64,000 bases of DNA from contig JAQGDQ010000820.1 of assembly GCA_030141605.1 (NCBI GenBank), positions 1 to 64,000 on the forward strand, read 5' to 3'. The translations under genes were made by a program, and so were the position numbers. This DNA comes from Tubiluchus corallicola (lineage: Eukaryota > Animalia > Priapulida). A model generated the notes under the pieces. That model had not been told where the DNA came from and ran no database searches. It saw only the letters and a program-made list of their open reading frames with translations. This document shows, piece by piece, positions 51,995-64,000 of this stretch (within the stretch, counting starts at the first letter, position 1; each line of letters begins with the position of its first letter).

Positions 51995-54900
51995 GTTCAT
52001 TGTTAATTTACAGTGTCTACACAATAAGTTGCTGTCATAATCCAATGACGTCAGAATTCATTGTTAATTTACACTGTCTACACAGTTAGTAGCTGTCATA
52101 ATCTAATGACGTCATGATGCATTGTTAATTTACACTGTCTACACAGTTAGTCGCTGTCATAATCCAATGACGTTAGAATTCATTGTTAATTTACACTGTC
52201 TACACAGTTAGTTGCTGTCATAATCCAATGACGTTAGAATTCATTGTTAATTTACACTGTCTACACAGTTAGTCGCTGTCATAATCCAATGACGTCAGAA
52301 TTCATTGTTAATTTACACTGTCTACACAGTTAGTCGCTGTCATAATCCAATGACGTTAGAATTCATTGTTAATTTACACTGTCTACACAGTTAGTCGCTG
52401 TCATAATCCAATGATGTCAGAATTCATTGTTAATTTACACTGTCTACACAATTAGTAGCTGTCATAATCCAATGACGTCAGAATTCATTGTTAATTTACA
52501 CTGTCTACACAGTTAGTAGCTGTCATAATCCAATGACGTCAGAGTTCATTGTTAATTTACACTGTCTACACAGTTAGTCGCTGTCATAATCCAATGACGT
52601 CAGAATTCATTGTTAATTTACACTGTCTACGCACTTAGTCGCTGTCATAATCCAATGACGTTAGAATTCATTGTTAATTTACACTGTCTACACAGTAAGT
52701 TGCTGTCATAATCTAATGACGTCAGAATTCATTGTTAATTTACACTGTCTACACAGTTAGTCGCTGTCATAATCCAATGACGTCAGAATTCATTGTTAAT
52801 TTACACTGTCTACACAGTTAGTAGCTGTCATAATCCAATGACGTCATAATGCATTGTTAATTTACACTGTCTACACAGTTAGTTGCTGTCATAATCCAAT
52901 GACGTCATAATGCATTGTTAATTTACACTGTCTACACAGTTAGTAGCTGTCATAATCCAATGACGTCAGAATTCATTGTTAATTTACACTGTCTACACAG
53001 TTAGTCGCTGTCATAATCCAATGACGTCAGAATTCATTGTTAATTTACACTGTCTACACAGTTAGTCGCTGTCATAATCCAATGACGTCAGAATTCATTG
53101 TTAATTTACACTGTCTACACAGTTTGTCGGTGCCATAATCCAATGATGTCAGAATTCATTGTTAATTTACACTGTCTACACAGTTAGTAGCTGCCATAAT
53201 CCAATGACGTCATATTGCATTGTTAATTTACACTGTCTACACAGTTAGTCGCTGTCATAATCCAATGATGTCAGAATTCATTGTTAATTTACACTGTCTA
53301 CACAGTTAGTCGCTGTCATAATCCAATGACGTCAGAATTCATTGTTAATTTACACTGTCTACACAGTTAGTCGGTGCCATAATCCAATGACGTCATAATG
53401 CATTGTTAATTTACACTGTCTACACAGTTAGTAGCTGTCATAATCCAATGACGTCAGAATTCATTGTTAATTTACACTGTCTACACAGTTAGTAGCTGTC
53501 ATAATCCAATGACGTCAGAATTCATTGTTAATTTACACTGTCTACACAGTTAGTAGCTGTCATAATCCAATGACGTCAGAATTCATTGTTAATTTACACT
53601 GTCTACACAGTTAGTCGCTGTCATAATCCAATGACGTCAGAATTCATTGTTAATTTACACTGTCTACACAGTTTGTCGCTGTCATAATCCAATGACGTCA
53701 GAATTCATTGTTAATTTACACTGTCTACACAGTTAGTCGCTGTCATAATCCAATGACGTCAGAATTCATTGTTAATTTACACTGTCTACACAGTTAGTCG
53801 CTGTCATAATCCAATGACGTCAGAATTCATTGTTAATTTACACTGTCTACACAGTTAGTCGCTGTCATAATCCAATGACGTCAGAATTCATTGTTAATTT
53901 ACACTGTCTACACAGTTAGTCGCTGTCATAATCCAATGACGTCAGAATTCATTGTTAATTTACACTGTCTACACAGTTAGTCGCTGTCATAATCCAATGA
54001 CGTCAGAATTCATTGTTAATTTACACTGTCTACACAGTTAGTCGCTGTCATAATCCAATGACGTCAGAATTCATTGTTAATTTACACTGTCTACACAGTT
54101 AGTCGCTGTCATAATCCAATGACGTCAGAATTCATTGTTAATTTACACTGTCTACACAGTTAGTCGCTGTCATAATCCAATGACGTCAGAATTCATTGTT
54201 AATTTACACTGTCTACACAGTTAGTCGCTGTCATAATCCAATGACGTCAGAATTCATTGTTAATTTACACTGTCTACACAGTTAGTCGCTGTCATAATCC
54301 AATGACGTCAGAATTCATTGTTAATTTACACTGTCTACACAGTTAGTCGCTGTCATAATCCAATGACGTCATAATGCATTGTTAATTTACACTGTCTTCA
54401 CAGTTAGTCGCTGTCATAATCCAATGATGTCAGAATTCATTGTTAATTTACACTGTCTACACAGTTAGTCGCTGTCATAATCCAATGACGTCAGAATTCA
54501 TTGTTAATTTACACTGTCTACAAAGTTAGTCGCTGTCATAATCCAATGACGTCAGAATTCATTGTTAATTTACACTGTCTACACAGTTAGTCGCTGTCAT
54601 AATCCAATGACGTCAGAATTCATTGTTAATTTACACTGTCTACACAGTTAGTCGCTGTCATAATCCAATGACGTCAGAATTCATTGTTAATTTACACTGT
54701 CTACACAGTTTGTTGCTGTCATAATCCAATGACGTTAGAATTCATTGTTAATTTACACTGTCTACACAGTTTGTCGCTGTCATAATCTAATGATGTCATA
54801 ATGCATTGTTAATTTACACTGTCTACACAGTTAGTAGCTGTCATAATCCAATGACGTCAGAATTCATTGTTAATTTACACTGTCGACACAGTTAGTCGCT

Positions 54901-56712
54901 GTCATAATCCAATGACGTCAGAATTCATTGTTAATTTACACTGTCTACACAGTTAGTCGCTGTCATAATCCAATGACGTCATAATGCATTGTTAGTTTAC
55001 ACTGTCTACACAGTTAGTCGCTGTCATAATCCAATGACGTCAGAATTCATTGTTAATTTACACTGTCTACACAGTTAGTCGCTGTCATAATCCAATGATG
55101 TCAGAATTCATTGTTAATTTACACTGTCTACGCACTTAGTCGCTGTCATAATCCAATGACGTCAGAATTCATTGTTAACTTACACTGTCTACACAGTTAG
55201 TAGCTGTCATAATCCAATGACGTCAGAATTCATTGTTAATTTACACTGTCTACACAGTTAGTCGCTGTCATAATCCAATGACGTCAGAATTCATTGTTAA
55301 TTTACACTGTCTACACAGTTAGTCGCTGTCATAATCCAATGACGTTAGAATTCATTGTTAATTTACACTGTCTACACAGTTTGTCGCTGTCATAATCTAA
55401 TGATGTCATAATGCATTGTTAATTTACACTGTCTACACAGTTAGTCGCTATCATAATCCAATGATGTCAGAATTCATTGTTAGTTTACACTGTCTACACA
55501 GTTAGTCGCTGTCATAATCCAATGACGTTAGAATTCATTGTTAATTTACACTGTCTACACAGTTTGTCGCTGTCATAATCCAATGACGTTAGAATTCATT
55601 GTTAATTTACACTGTCTACACAGTTAGTCGCTGTCATAATCCAATGACGTCAGAATTCATTGTTAATTTACACTGTCTACACAGTTAGTCGCTGTCATAA
55701 TCCAATGACGTCAGAATTCATTGTTAATTTACACTGTCTACACAGTTAGTCGCTGTCATAATCCAATGATGTCAGAATTCATTGTTAATTTACACTGTCT
55801 ACACAGTTAGTCGCTGTCATAATCCAATGACGTCATAATGCATTGTTAATTTACACTGTCTACACAGTTAGTCGCTGTCATAATCCAATGACGTCAGAAT
55901 TCATTGTTAATTTACACTGTCTACACAGTTAGTCGCTGTCATAATCCAATGACGTCAGAATTCATTGTTAATTTACACTGTCTACACAGTTTGTTGCTGT
56001 CATAATCCAATGACGTTAGAATTCATTGTTAATTTACACTGTTTTCAAAGTTAGTCGCTGTCATAATCCAATGACGTCATAATGCATTGTTAATTTACAC
56101 TGTCTTCACAGTTAGTCGCTGTCATAATCCAATGATGTTAGAATTCATTGTTAATTTACACTGTCTACACAGTAAGTTGCTGTCATAATCTAATGACGTC
56201 ATAATGCATTGTTAATTTACACTGTCTACACAGTTAGTCGCTGTCATAATCCAATGATGTCAGAATTCATTATTAATTTACACTGTCTACACAGTTAGTC
56301 GCTGTCATAATCCAATGATGTCAGAATTCATTGTTAATTTACACTGTCCACACAGTTTGTTGCTGTCATAATCCAATGACGTTAGAATTCATTGTTAATT
56401 TACACAGTTTTCAAAGTTAGTCGCTGTCATAATCTAATGACGTCATAATGCATTGTTAATTTACACAGTTTTCAAAGTTAGTCGCTGTCATAATCCAATG
56501 ACGTTAGAATTCATTGTTAATTTACACTGTCTACACAGTAAGTTGCTGTCATAATCTAATGACGTCATAATGCATTGTTAATTTACACTGTCTACACAGT
56601 TAGTCGCTGTCATGATCCAATGATGTCAGAATTCATTGTTAATTTACACTGTCTACACAGTTAGTAGCTGTCATAATCTAATGACGTCAGAATTCATTAT
56701 TAATTTACACAG
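51995..56712. repeat. 61-bp satellite array, ~77 copies (4.7 kb)
   Basis: Unit GAATTCATTGTTAATTTACACTGTCTACACAGTTAGTCGCTGTCATAATCCAATGACGTCA. Confidence 0.97.
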
Positions 56713-57289
56713 CTAACATGGCTAACCACCATCGTAAACTAGTGATGTCGGTGTTCATTGTTAGTTTACACTGTTTACACTGCCAGCCACCATCACAATT
56801 CAGTAACGTCAGAGTTCATTGTCCGGTTACATTGTTTACAACACAATCCAGTGACCTCACAGTACACTAATTGCTAGCTGCCATCATAAACCAGTGACGT
56901 CAGAATTCATTGTTGGTTTACATTGTTCTCCTAGGGTGCGCATGGGCAATCCGGGTGCACCGGCTCGTAAACGACACTTCCACCCCACCTCTGTGTTGGC
57001 TCGAGCTCGTGGAAAACTTGGACTCTTTGTGGCGCTAAGCAGTTTCACATTTTCTAATTCATTTATCCTATGTAAATAAAAAAATGTTTAAACTTTTTTT
57101 AATTATTTAAGGAAGCCTAAAATTTATTTACAGGAAAAGCAATTTTATTTGAAAGAATTCAATAGTTTGTTAGTTTGGTCAGCAGCTTTATCACTTGGGT
57201 AATTGCTTATTTGTACGAGTGTTTGTTTGGTTTGTTGTTTGTTTCTTATTCAGCCAATTATCTGTCAGTTTACCATCCTGACAAAACAG

Positions 57290-58010
57290 TGATGGCCATG
57301 ATGATGACAATGACAATGATCACAATGATCATGATGATGATGATCGATGATGATGACGATCGGTGATGGCGACGACAATGACGATGATGGTGATGATGGT
57401 GATGACAATGATGATGATGACGACGATGATAATGATGCTGATGATAACAATGACGATGACGATGATGACGACGATGACGATGATGACAATGACAACAATG
57501 ACGATGATGATGACAAAAATGACGATGATGACGATGATGGTGATGATGATAATAATGACGACGACAATGATGATGATGATGATGACGACGATGACGATAA
57601 TGATGATGACGATGACGATGACGACGATGATGATGACAATGACAACAATGACGATGATGATGACAAAAATGACGATGATGACGATGATGGTGATGATGAT
57701 AATAATGACGACGACAATGATGATGATGATGATGACGACGATGACGATAATGATGATGACGATGACGATGACGACGATGATGATGATGATGATGATGATA
57801 ACGATGATGACGACGATGATGATGATGATGATGACGACGATGACGATAATGATGATGACGATGACGACGACGACGATGATGATGATGATGCCGATGATGA
57901 CAATGATGACGACGATGATGATGATGATGATGACAAAGATGATGCTGATGGTGATGATAATGATGATGACGATGATGATGATGATGATAACAAAGGATGA
58001 CAATGATTGT
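57290..58010. repeat. Degenerate (GAT/GAC)n microsatellite
   Basis: Direct reading. Explains the poly-D/S/H/M/I ORFs in the track. Confidence 0.97.
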
Positions 58011-58295
58011 GATCACACCATCTTCAAAAGACTGATTGTTGTTCTTTGCAGGTGTAGCAGACCTGAGAAGCAGACTTCTAAACTGACTATAATTATTGAC
58101 TGAACTATAAACGTGTTACACATTTTTGTGGGCAAAGCTGCAATAGCAAATGGAGCCAGAATCTCGCTTAATGGAGGAATAATTACAGGTCTGATACCTG
58201 ACTACATTGCTTGATAATTCAAACATGGCCATCACATCATATAGTAGTTTCTACTGTTCCTGGAAGTAAGTTTAAAAAGTGACTTTATTCTATTC

Positions 58296-61200
58296 TCACC
58301 TCAGACAGGTGTCGCTGTGCGCGTCCATGTCTGACGGATACGAAGGCAGGTTATTCAGCTGGCTAGTTTGTGCCTGTCCACACCAGGTGCCACTGCGCTC
58401 GCGTGTAGGAAACATCTTTCCTTTCGCATATTCCTGTATAGCTGTTCTTAGTTCTGGATATCTCCCTAACAGCAGCACAACGGGGCCACCTGTTGTCTGA
58501 AAAAAGAGTTTCTTTAAAAAGGAGAAAGAGAACAAGGGAAAATGAGACTGAATGTTCTGATGTTATTATTATTTACAATTTTGTTAGAATAATCAAGAGA
58601 AACATTCGAATGTGGAACTGCTTGACAGCGTATGATTCTATTTTTATATTAATATTTGATACGTAATTTTTATTTAAAACAAAAATATTAAAATAAAAAA
58701 TATTTAAGAGAAAGTATAAAATTTATAGCACAGAATAAAATTTACAGATAAAAATGACTAGTTAACAGATTAGTGTTAAAAGTAAAAACTGCAAACGCAA
58801 CTTACACAGATAAATGATTAGTGAGATCTGGACCTTTTAACCGTTTTTAAAAAGTTTGTTACTATGAGCACAGACCAAGGAGGCACCACTCACAGACCCA
58901 GGCAGGTAGGTAGGTAGGTAGGTAGGTAGGTAGGTAGGTAGGTAGGTAGGTAGGTTGGTAGGTAAGTAGGTAGGTAGGTATGTAGGTAGGTAGGTAGGTA
59001 GGTAGGTAGGAAGGTAGGAAGGTAGGTAGGTAGGTAGGTAGGTAGGTAGGTAGGAAGGTAGGTAGGTAGGAAGGTAGGTAGGTAGGTAGGAAGGTAGGTA
59101 GGTAGGTAGGTAGGCAAGCAGGCAGGCAGGCAGGCAGGCAGGCAGGTAGGTTGGTAGGTAGGTAGGAAGGTAGGTAGGTAGGAAGGTAGGTAGGTAGGAA
59201 GGTAGACAGAGAGGCAGGTAGGTAGTTAATTAGGTAGGTGGGTGCAGTAGGCATTAGCTAGGCAATAGGTAGATAGGTTAGTAAGTGGGTAAGTAGTGGG
59301 ATTTAAAATACAGTAGGCACTAGCTAGGTAATAGGTAGATAGGTTAGTAAGTGGGTAGGTAGTGGAATTTAAAATACAGTAGGCACTAGCTAGGTAATAG
59401 GTTGACAGGTTAGTAAGTGGGTAAGTAGTGGGATTTAAAATACAGTAGGCACTAGCTAGGCAATAGGTAGATAAGTTAGTAAGTGGGTAGGTAGTGGGAT
59501 TTACTTTAATTTCTAGCAATAAAAATTCTAGTAAAAGTTAAACAATTTATCTTTGCTTATATTTTACATATTTTTATACTACGTAAAATGTAACTAAAAA
59601 TCACGATTATTGCCTCCGGGTTTTTTATTTTCAAGTTGTTATTTTTTCCCGACGTAGCGCTTAATTAGTTACTGATTTTTTCATTCACCTGAATTTTGCT
59701 ACAGGAAAACTTTTACACTAACCTTAACATTAACACCTGCTCAAAAAATCCTAGCATGATTGATGTGTGAGAACCACGTTCGCTTATATAGCATGTTTGT
59801 CCGATTCTGTTTGTGGTGTACTAGTGTTTAAGTTCAAATGAACAAAAGTATGAAAACAAGAAAGCTACATCCTACACATTAAATAAATCTGAGATGTCAC
59901 CTTCAGGACATTGGCTATCTTCTTCTGAGGCCATCTCCTAACGTCCTGTCCATTTATCTCTAAGATTCTGTCACCCTGTTTTATGTTACTTCGACCAGAT
60001 GGACTCTCAGGTTTCTAAAACACGCAACAGAAGTTGTATGTCAACACAGCGTTACTGCGCATGCGTCACGAACAGTTTCAGTACAGTTGAACTTGCATAC
60101 AATATTTGGAAAAGACTTACTTTCGAATAAAACTGTTTTTGTTTTTTCATTATTTTTGATCTAGAAAGAAATCGAATTATAATCGATCTGTTTGAAATTG
60201 AAAGTTTTATGAAGTTTTTACTTTTATCGTTTGTATCTTCCTGTTTTTTCTTCACTTGCATTTCATTGTTTCTTTTAGTTGGATTGTTGGTTCATTTAGT
60301 TACTCGGTGAGTCGGTCAGTTGAATACATGGTTAGTTATTTAGTTCTCTATTTGGTAACTTGTTTGATATTTTTATGTTATTATTCATGTTATTCATATT
60401 CATATTCACATTCATATTCGTAATCATATTCATATTCATGTTTTATTTTTACGCTTTTGCCTCTTCTTTGTTTTGTTTCTTTCTTCTTTCCTATTTTCTT
60501 TTTTGCCAATCGTCTGCTTGTTCGTTTAATTATTTATTCCATCATTCGCTCTTTCACTCGATTTAACTTTCGTTCTATAAACAATTTGTCATTCCTTCTA
60601 TCACCCGTTATATGAAAGATGCACTACTTGCACTCTTTGCATTCTCTCGTTTCATCAATTTGTTCAGTTGTCTATTCATTCGCTCATTCATTCACTCACT
60701 CAATTATTCATTGACTTGTCTCATCAATTCAAATGAATTTTTTACACAAACACAAGAAAACACTCTTCAAAATGAAGTTTGAAAATTTCTATTGAAATTT
60801 TATATCATTGCATGCTGTCTTATTGCGTGCAGGGATTGCGTTAACAGTAACGCTGTATAGAACTTGTAAATTTTAAACTCCGCTTAATTTTAAACTCCCG
60901 TGAAGGCAGTCTTACTGCATGCAGGGATTGCGTTAACAGTAACGCTGTATAGAACTTGTAAATCTTAAACTCCCATGAAGGCAGTTAATTGCAGCCATTT
61001 GAAACAGGTTTAAGTAACATTGTGTAAAGTTTGAAAAACAATCAGCGCATGCATAGCAAACTCTCTGCAAAGCAAAAGTTTAAATTACTTTATATTTTAA
61101 TACGATTAATAATGTGTTTTTGTGAGCCACAGGTGCACACTGGGATAGCAATACAGTGGTATTTTACCTGTTGGGCGAATGTTTTAAATGACTAAAAATT

Positions 61201-62476
61201 TTCTTTTCCAATTACATAAGTCCTTCAAAGTGTAATACTAAGCAATATAACTTTGTATGAAAAGTTCTTTGAGATAAACTTTAGGGTTCCCTTTTCTTCC
61301 CTTTTAAAAGAAGAGAGGGTGATTTTTCATACACTACCCCATTTTCAAGTTCGATAAAAAGTTTATAATTCAACACATTTAATGCTGCAAAAACGTTTCT
61401 GATAATTAAACAATAGATTAAATTCTCAATTAAGGGCGGGCTAGCCCAACGATTGATGACATCACAAACTAACATAGTTTTCATCAGCAGAAATATTCCA
61501 CGAGCGTGTTGCACGTGTTTGCGAGAGCGAAAATTGAATTACAGTGCTACTGTAAGAGTTTTAGTTTGTTGTACTAAAACTAGGCAAGTTTTAAGAATTC
61601 AAATTCCAATTTACCGCTGTGCTCACGCATGAGCTGGCGAACGTGTGCAGTACGTCACAAACTAACACATCTGAACTGAGAAGTGCCTGTTTTTTTGTGC
61701 AACACATTTTCGAAATGCAGGTGCCCGTCTAACGAGCGAATGGTGAAAATGCATGTAACAGCGAAGAACTAGTGGCGCGAACGTGAAATTGCGTTTGTGT
61801 GGTAATAATTCTTTCACGTAAGTCATTTTTTAAATAGTATGTTAATAAAAATAGTATGTTACTTTTCAGTATTTTAAAGAGTAGTGTGAAAGTCATGTTT
61901 GAAGTTGTAGATCACTCACTTTGTTATGATTGAGTTTAAGCAGAAGTATGAACAAGAATAAAAAATCTATAATACATATTTGCACTGAACACAACAGAAA
62001 AGTGTTTGTTAAACTACAGACACATGAGTAGCATGACTGCTGCACTGAACACTGAGAGTGAGAATGAGAATGAGAGTGAGAGTAACTGCTGCACTGAACA
62101 CTGAGAATGAGAGTGTCCTGCACTGAACACTGAGAGCTAGAGAGTGACTAGAAAACAAAACCAGTTAGTATATATAGGTATAGGTGACCTATGCTGACTT
62201 GCACAGGCTTCACAACAACCATTAATTTAAAATAGGGAGAGATCCAGTGAATATGCATTCACTGGACCGTACAATTATACTGGGGGTAAGTTTAGCTGGT
62301 AAAATGTAACAGGATTAGTTCATAGATGGCAGCACCTAATTAAAATGTACAATTACAACTTCCACAAGTAGATTGTTTTGACCTTCACGTTAACATTGGG
62401 TCCAATTTTGCTTTAACTTAATTACATTATATAAACTGTACTCACCACCCAAGTGACGAAGACCCCTCTTCCATCT
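58296..62476 (-). CDS. PDZ-domain protein, last three coding exons (5' part beyond right edge)
   Basis: Exons 62476-62446, 60014-59901 and 58496-58296 splice in frame to [60 protein letters not shown]...HSDTCLR*, the C-terminal two-thirds of a PDZ fold. AATAAA follows 7 nt after the stop. Confidence 0.85.
58900..59500. repeat. (GGTA)n microsatellite followed by ~66-bp GGTA-rich tandem units
   Basis: Direct reading. Confidence 0.9.
61885..62366 (-). mobile_element. Solo LTR (482 bp) inserted into a family A MITE
   Basis: TGTGAAAGT...ACTTCCACA termini and perfect 5-bp TSD AGTAG (61880-61884, 62367-62371). The host MITE sequence resumes after it. TATA-like CTATATATA on the minus strand near 62170. 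Confidence 0.8.
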
Positions 62477-63534
62477 CTGAAAATAATGAGAGAAGACAAA
62501 GCTAATTACACATTCATCCAACGAACAAATTCAGCCTCCCATCATTAATTAAGACGGGCAAAATTCATCGCAACACTTGCCCTTCAAATGTAATTAAATT
62601 AGCTGATTAAAACATCATCTGTTGTCAAACGCAGGACTCTAACCAAGTTTTATTGGGCAAACATGACTGCATAACAAATTTAAGTAAATTTGCATTAGCG
62701 AGTAAATTTGTTCATGATAAGAAATAGAGAAGATACAACGTGAACAGTCGCGCATCATTGACCTTCCTCACGTTGGTGTACACTGTAGAGTTCCCAGGTA
62801 CTGAGAAATGCTGTTTCAATGTTTAACTATTTATATATTTAACATTTTATTTAACACAAAACATACTTTACAAATTACAAAAACCAAGACATTTGTAATA
62901 ACAATAAACAAATACAAACACCAATTGACTGTTAATGAATCCAATTAGTTGTAATGAGTAACCAGCATTGATTACACTCTGGCATTTTTGGTTGTTCAGT
63001 AAATCATTACAATACATGTTTCAAAGGTAACAAACTATCTTCAACATTTTCCAGCATCCCAAGATAGGCACCTGCATATTTCTCCATCTTTTACATGTAA
63101 TTAATGCAGCTCACTGCATGATTCACTGTTTCTAATTTGCTTCGAGTACACCAAATATAACATTTTACTATCAAAATGGTCTTATTTTAGACAAATGCAA
63201 TTTTTATACGAAAACTTTTCGAAAATTACAACAAACTTATCAATTTCTAATGCATTTTTTTGTGTTTTGTGTTTGTATTGTTTGAAATGTTCCCATACGA
63301 GTTTTAGTTTATTTTATAATCCCACAGCATTATGGCTTCTTTTTCCGAATTACAGATATTAAAAGTGTTTAATTTTGTCCAGGAATGAAGCCACACGTTT
63401 CTTGAGGTTCTTGTAGATTTCGACATTATTAATAGCAAAGATTTATTCACTTCTACTCTGATCTGCTCGGTTAATCACTCTTACTCTCACACTCCCTCAC
63501 AAGTGCAAAATTAGTTCGGAAAGATTGGTAAATC

Positions 63535-64000
63535 TACTTGTGTTTCTACTAAACGCTTCAGCGCATCACTGCCAGGTTTCTGTGGTAGCACAGAAAACAA
63601 CGTAAGACCAATATGAACGATTGAAACCGTGGTTTGTGCTTCTACTAAACGCTTCAACGCATCACTGCCAGGTTTCTGTGGTAGCATAGAAAACAACGTA
63701 AGACCAATATGAAAGATTGAAACCGTGCTTTGTGTTTCTACTAAACGCTTCAGCGCATCACTGCCAGGTTTCTGTGGTAGCATAGAAAACAACGTACGGC
63801 CAATATGAAAGATTGAAACCATGCTTTGTGTTTCTACTAAATGCTTCAGCGCATCACTGCCAGGTTTCTGTAGTAGCATAGAAAACAACGTAAGGCCAAT
63901 ATGAAAGATTGAAACCATGCTTTGTGCTTCTACAAAATGCTTCAGCGCATCACTGCCAGGCTTCTGTGGTAGCATAGAAAACAACGTAAGGCCAATATGA
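63535..64000. repeat. 96-bp tandem repeat, >=5 copies, running off the right edge
   Basis: GCCAGGTTTC recurs at 63571, 63667, 63763 and 63859. Confidence 0.9.

Noticed and set aside
51995-56712. CRISPR-like regular array (also 6294-6833 and 18306-20107)
   Set aside because: Contiguous near-identical units with no unique spacers and no cas genes, in a eukaryotic context.
57265-58103. Poly-Asp (aspein-like biomineralisation), poly-His and poly-Ser ORFs
   Set aside because: A (GAT)n microsatellite open in five frames, with no signal peptide or supporting exon structure. Transcription cannot be fully excluded.
58260-58299. 40-nt terminal intron in the PDZ gene (AG|GTGAGA ... TTCCAG) giving RNSRNYYMM*
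   Set aside because: Very short, and the unspliced reading already gives a stop followed by AATAAA. Needs RNA evidence.
63511-63984. 157-aa ORF of 32-aa repeats on the PDZ gene strand
   Set aside because: Coincides with a 96-bp tandem array and ends in a stop with no usable in-frame donor identified. Treated as an intronic repeat.

Overview
AT-rich, intron-containing eukaryotic DNA, most likely a marine invertebrate (taxon is inference). I reconstructed six protein-coding genes by hand from GT-AG junctions. (1) The first coding exon of a folate-receptor-family gene (minus strand, runs off the left edge). (2) An 8-coding-exon ZK1290.5-like aldo-keto reductase (minus, 8697-25136). (3) An intronless 1085-aa protein that fuses two DZANK1-like segments to eight annexin repeats (plus, 36468-39725). 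(4) A 3-exon MRPL55 whose spliced CDS is not recovered by the ORF track (plus, 41928-43827). (5) An intronless DNAJC17 starting only 100 bp after the MRPL55 stop (plus, 43928-44863). (6) The last exons of a PDZ-domain gene (minus, 58296-62476). The rest is dense with mobile DNA (5S-derived SINEs, LINE remnants, hAT and Kolobok-like MITEs, Helitrons, solo LTRs, a Penelope-like inverted pair) and minisatellites. Best leads: the DZANK1/octad-annexin fusion, the operon-like MRPL55-DNAJC17 pair, and inverted 31-bp minisatellites bracketing two AKR exons whose circle would be a stop-free 249-nt ORF. All homology calls come from recalled family sequences, not from database searches.
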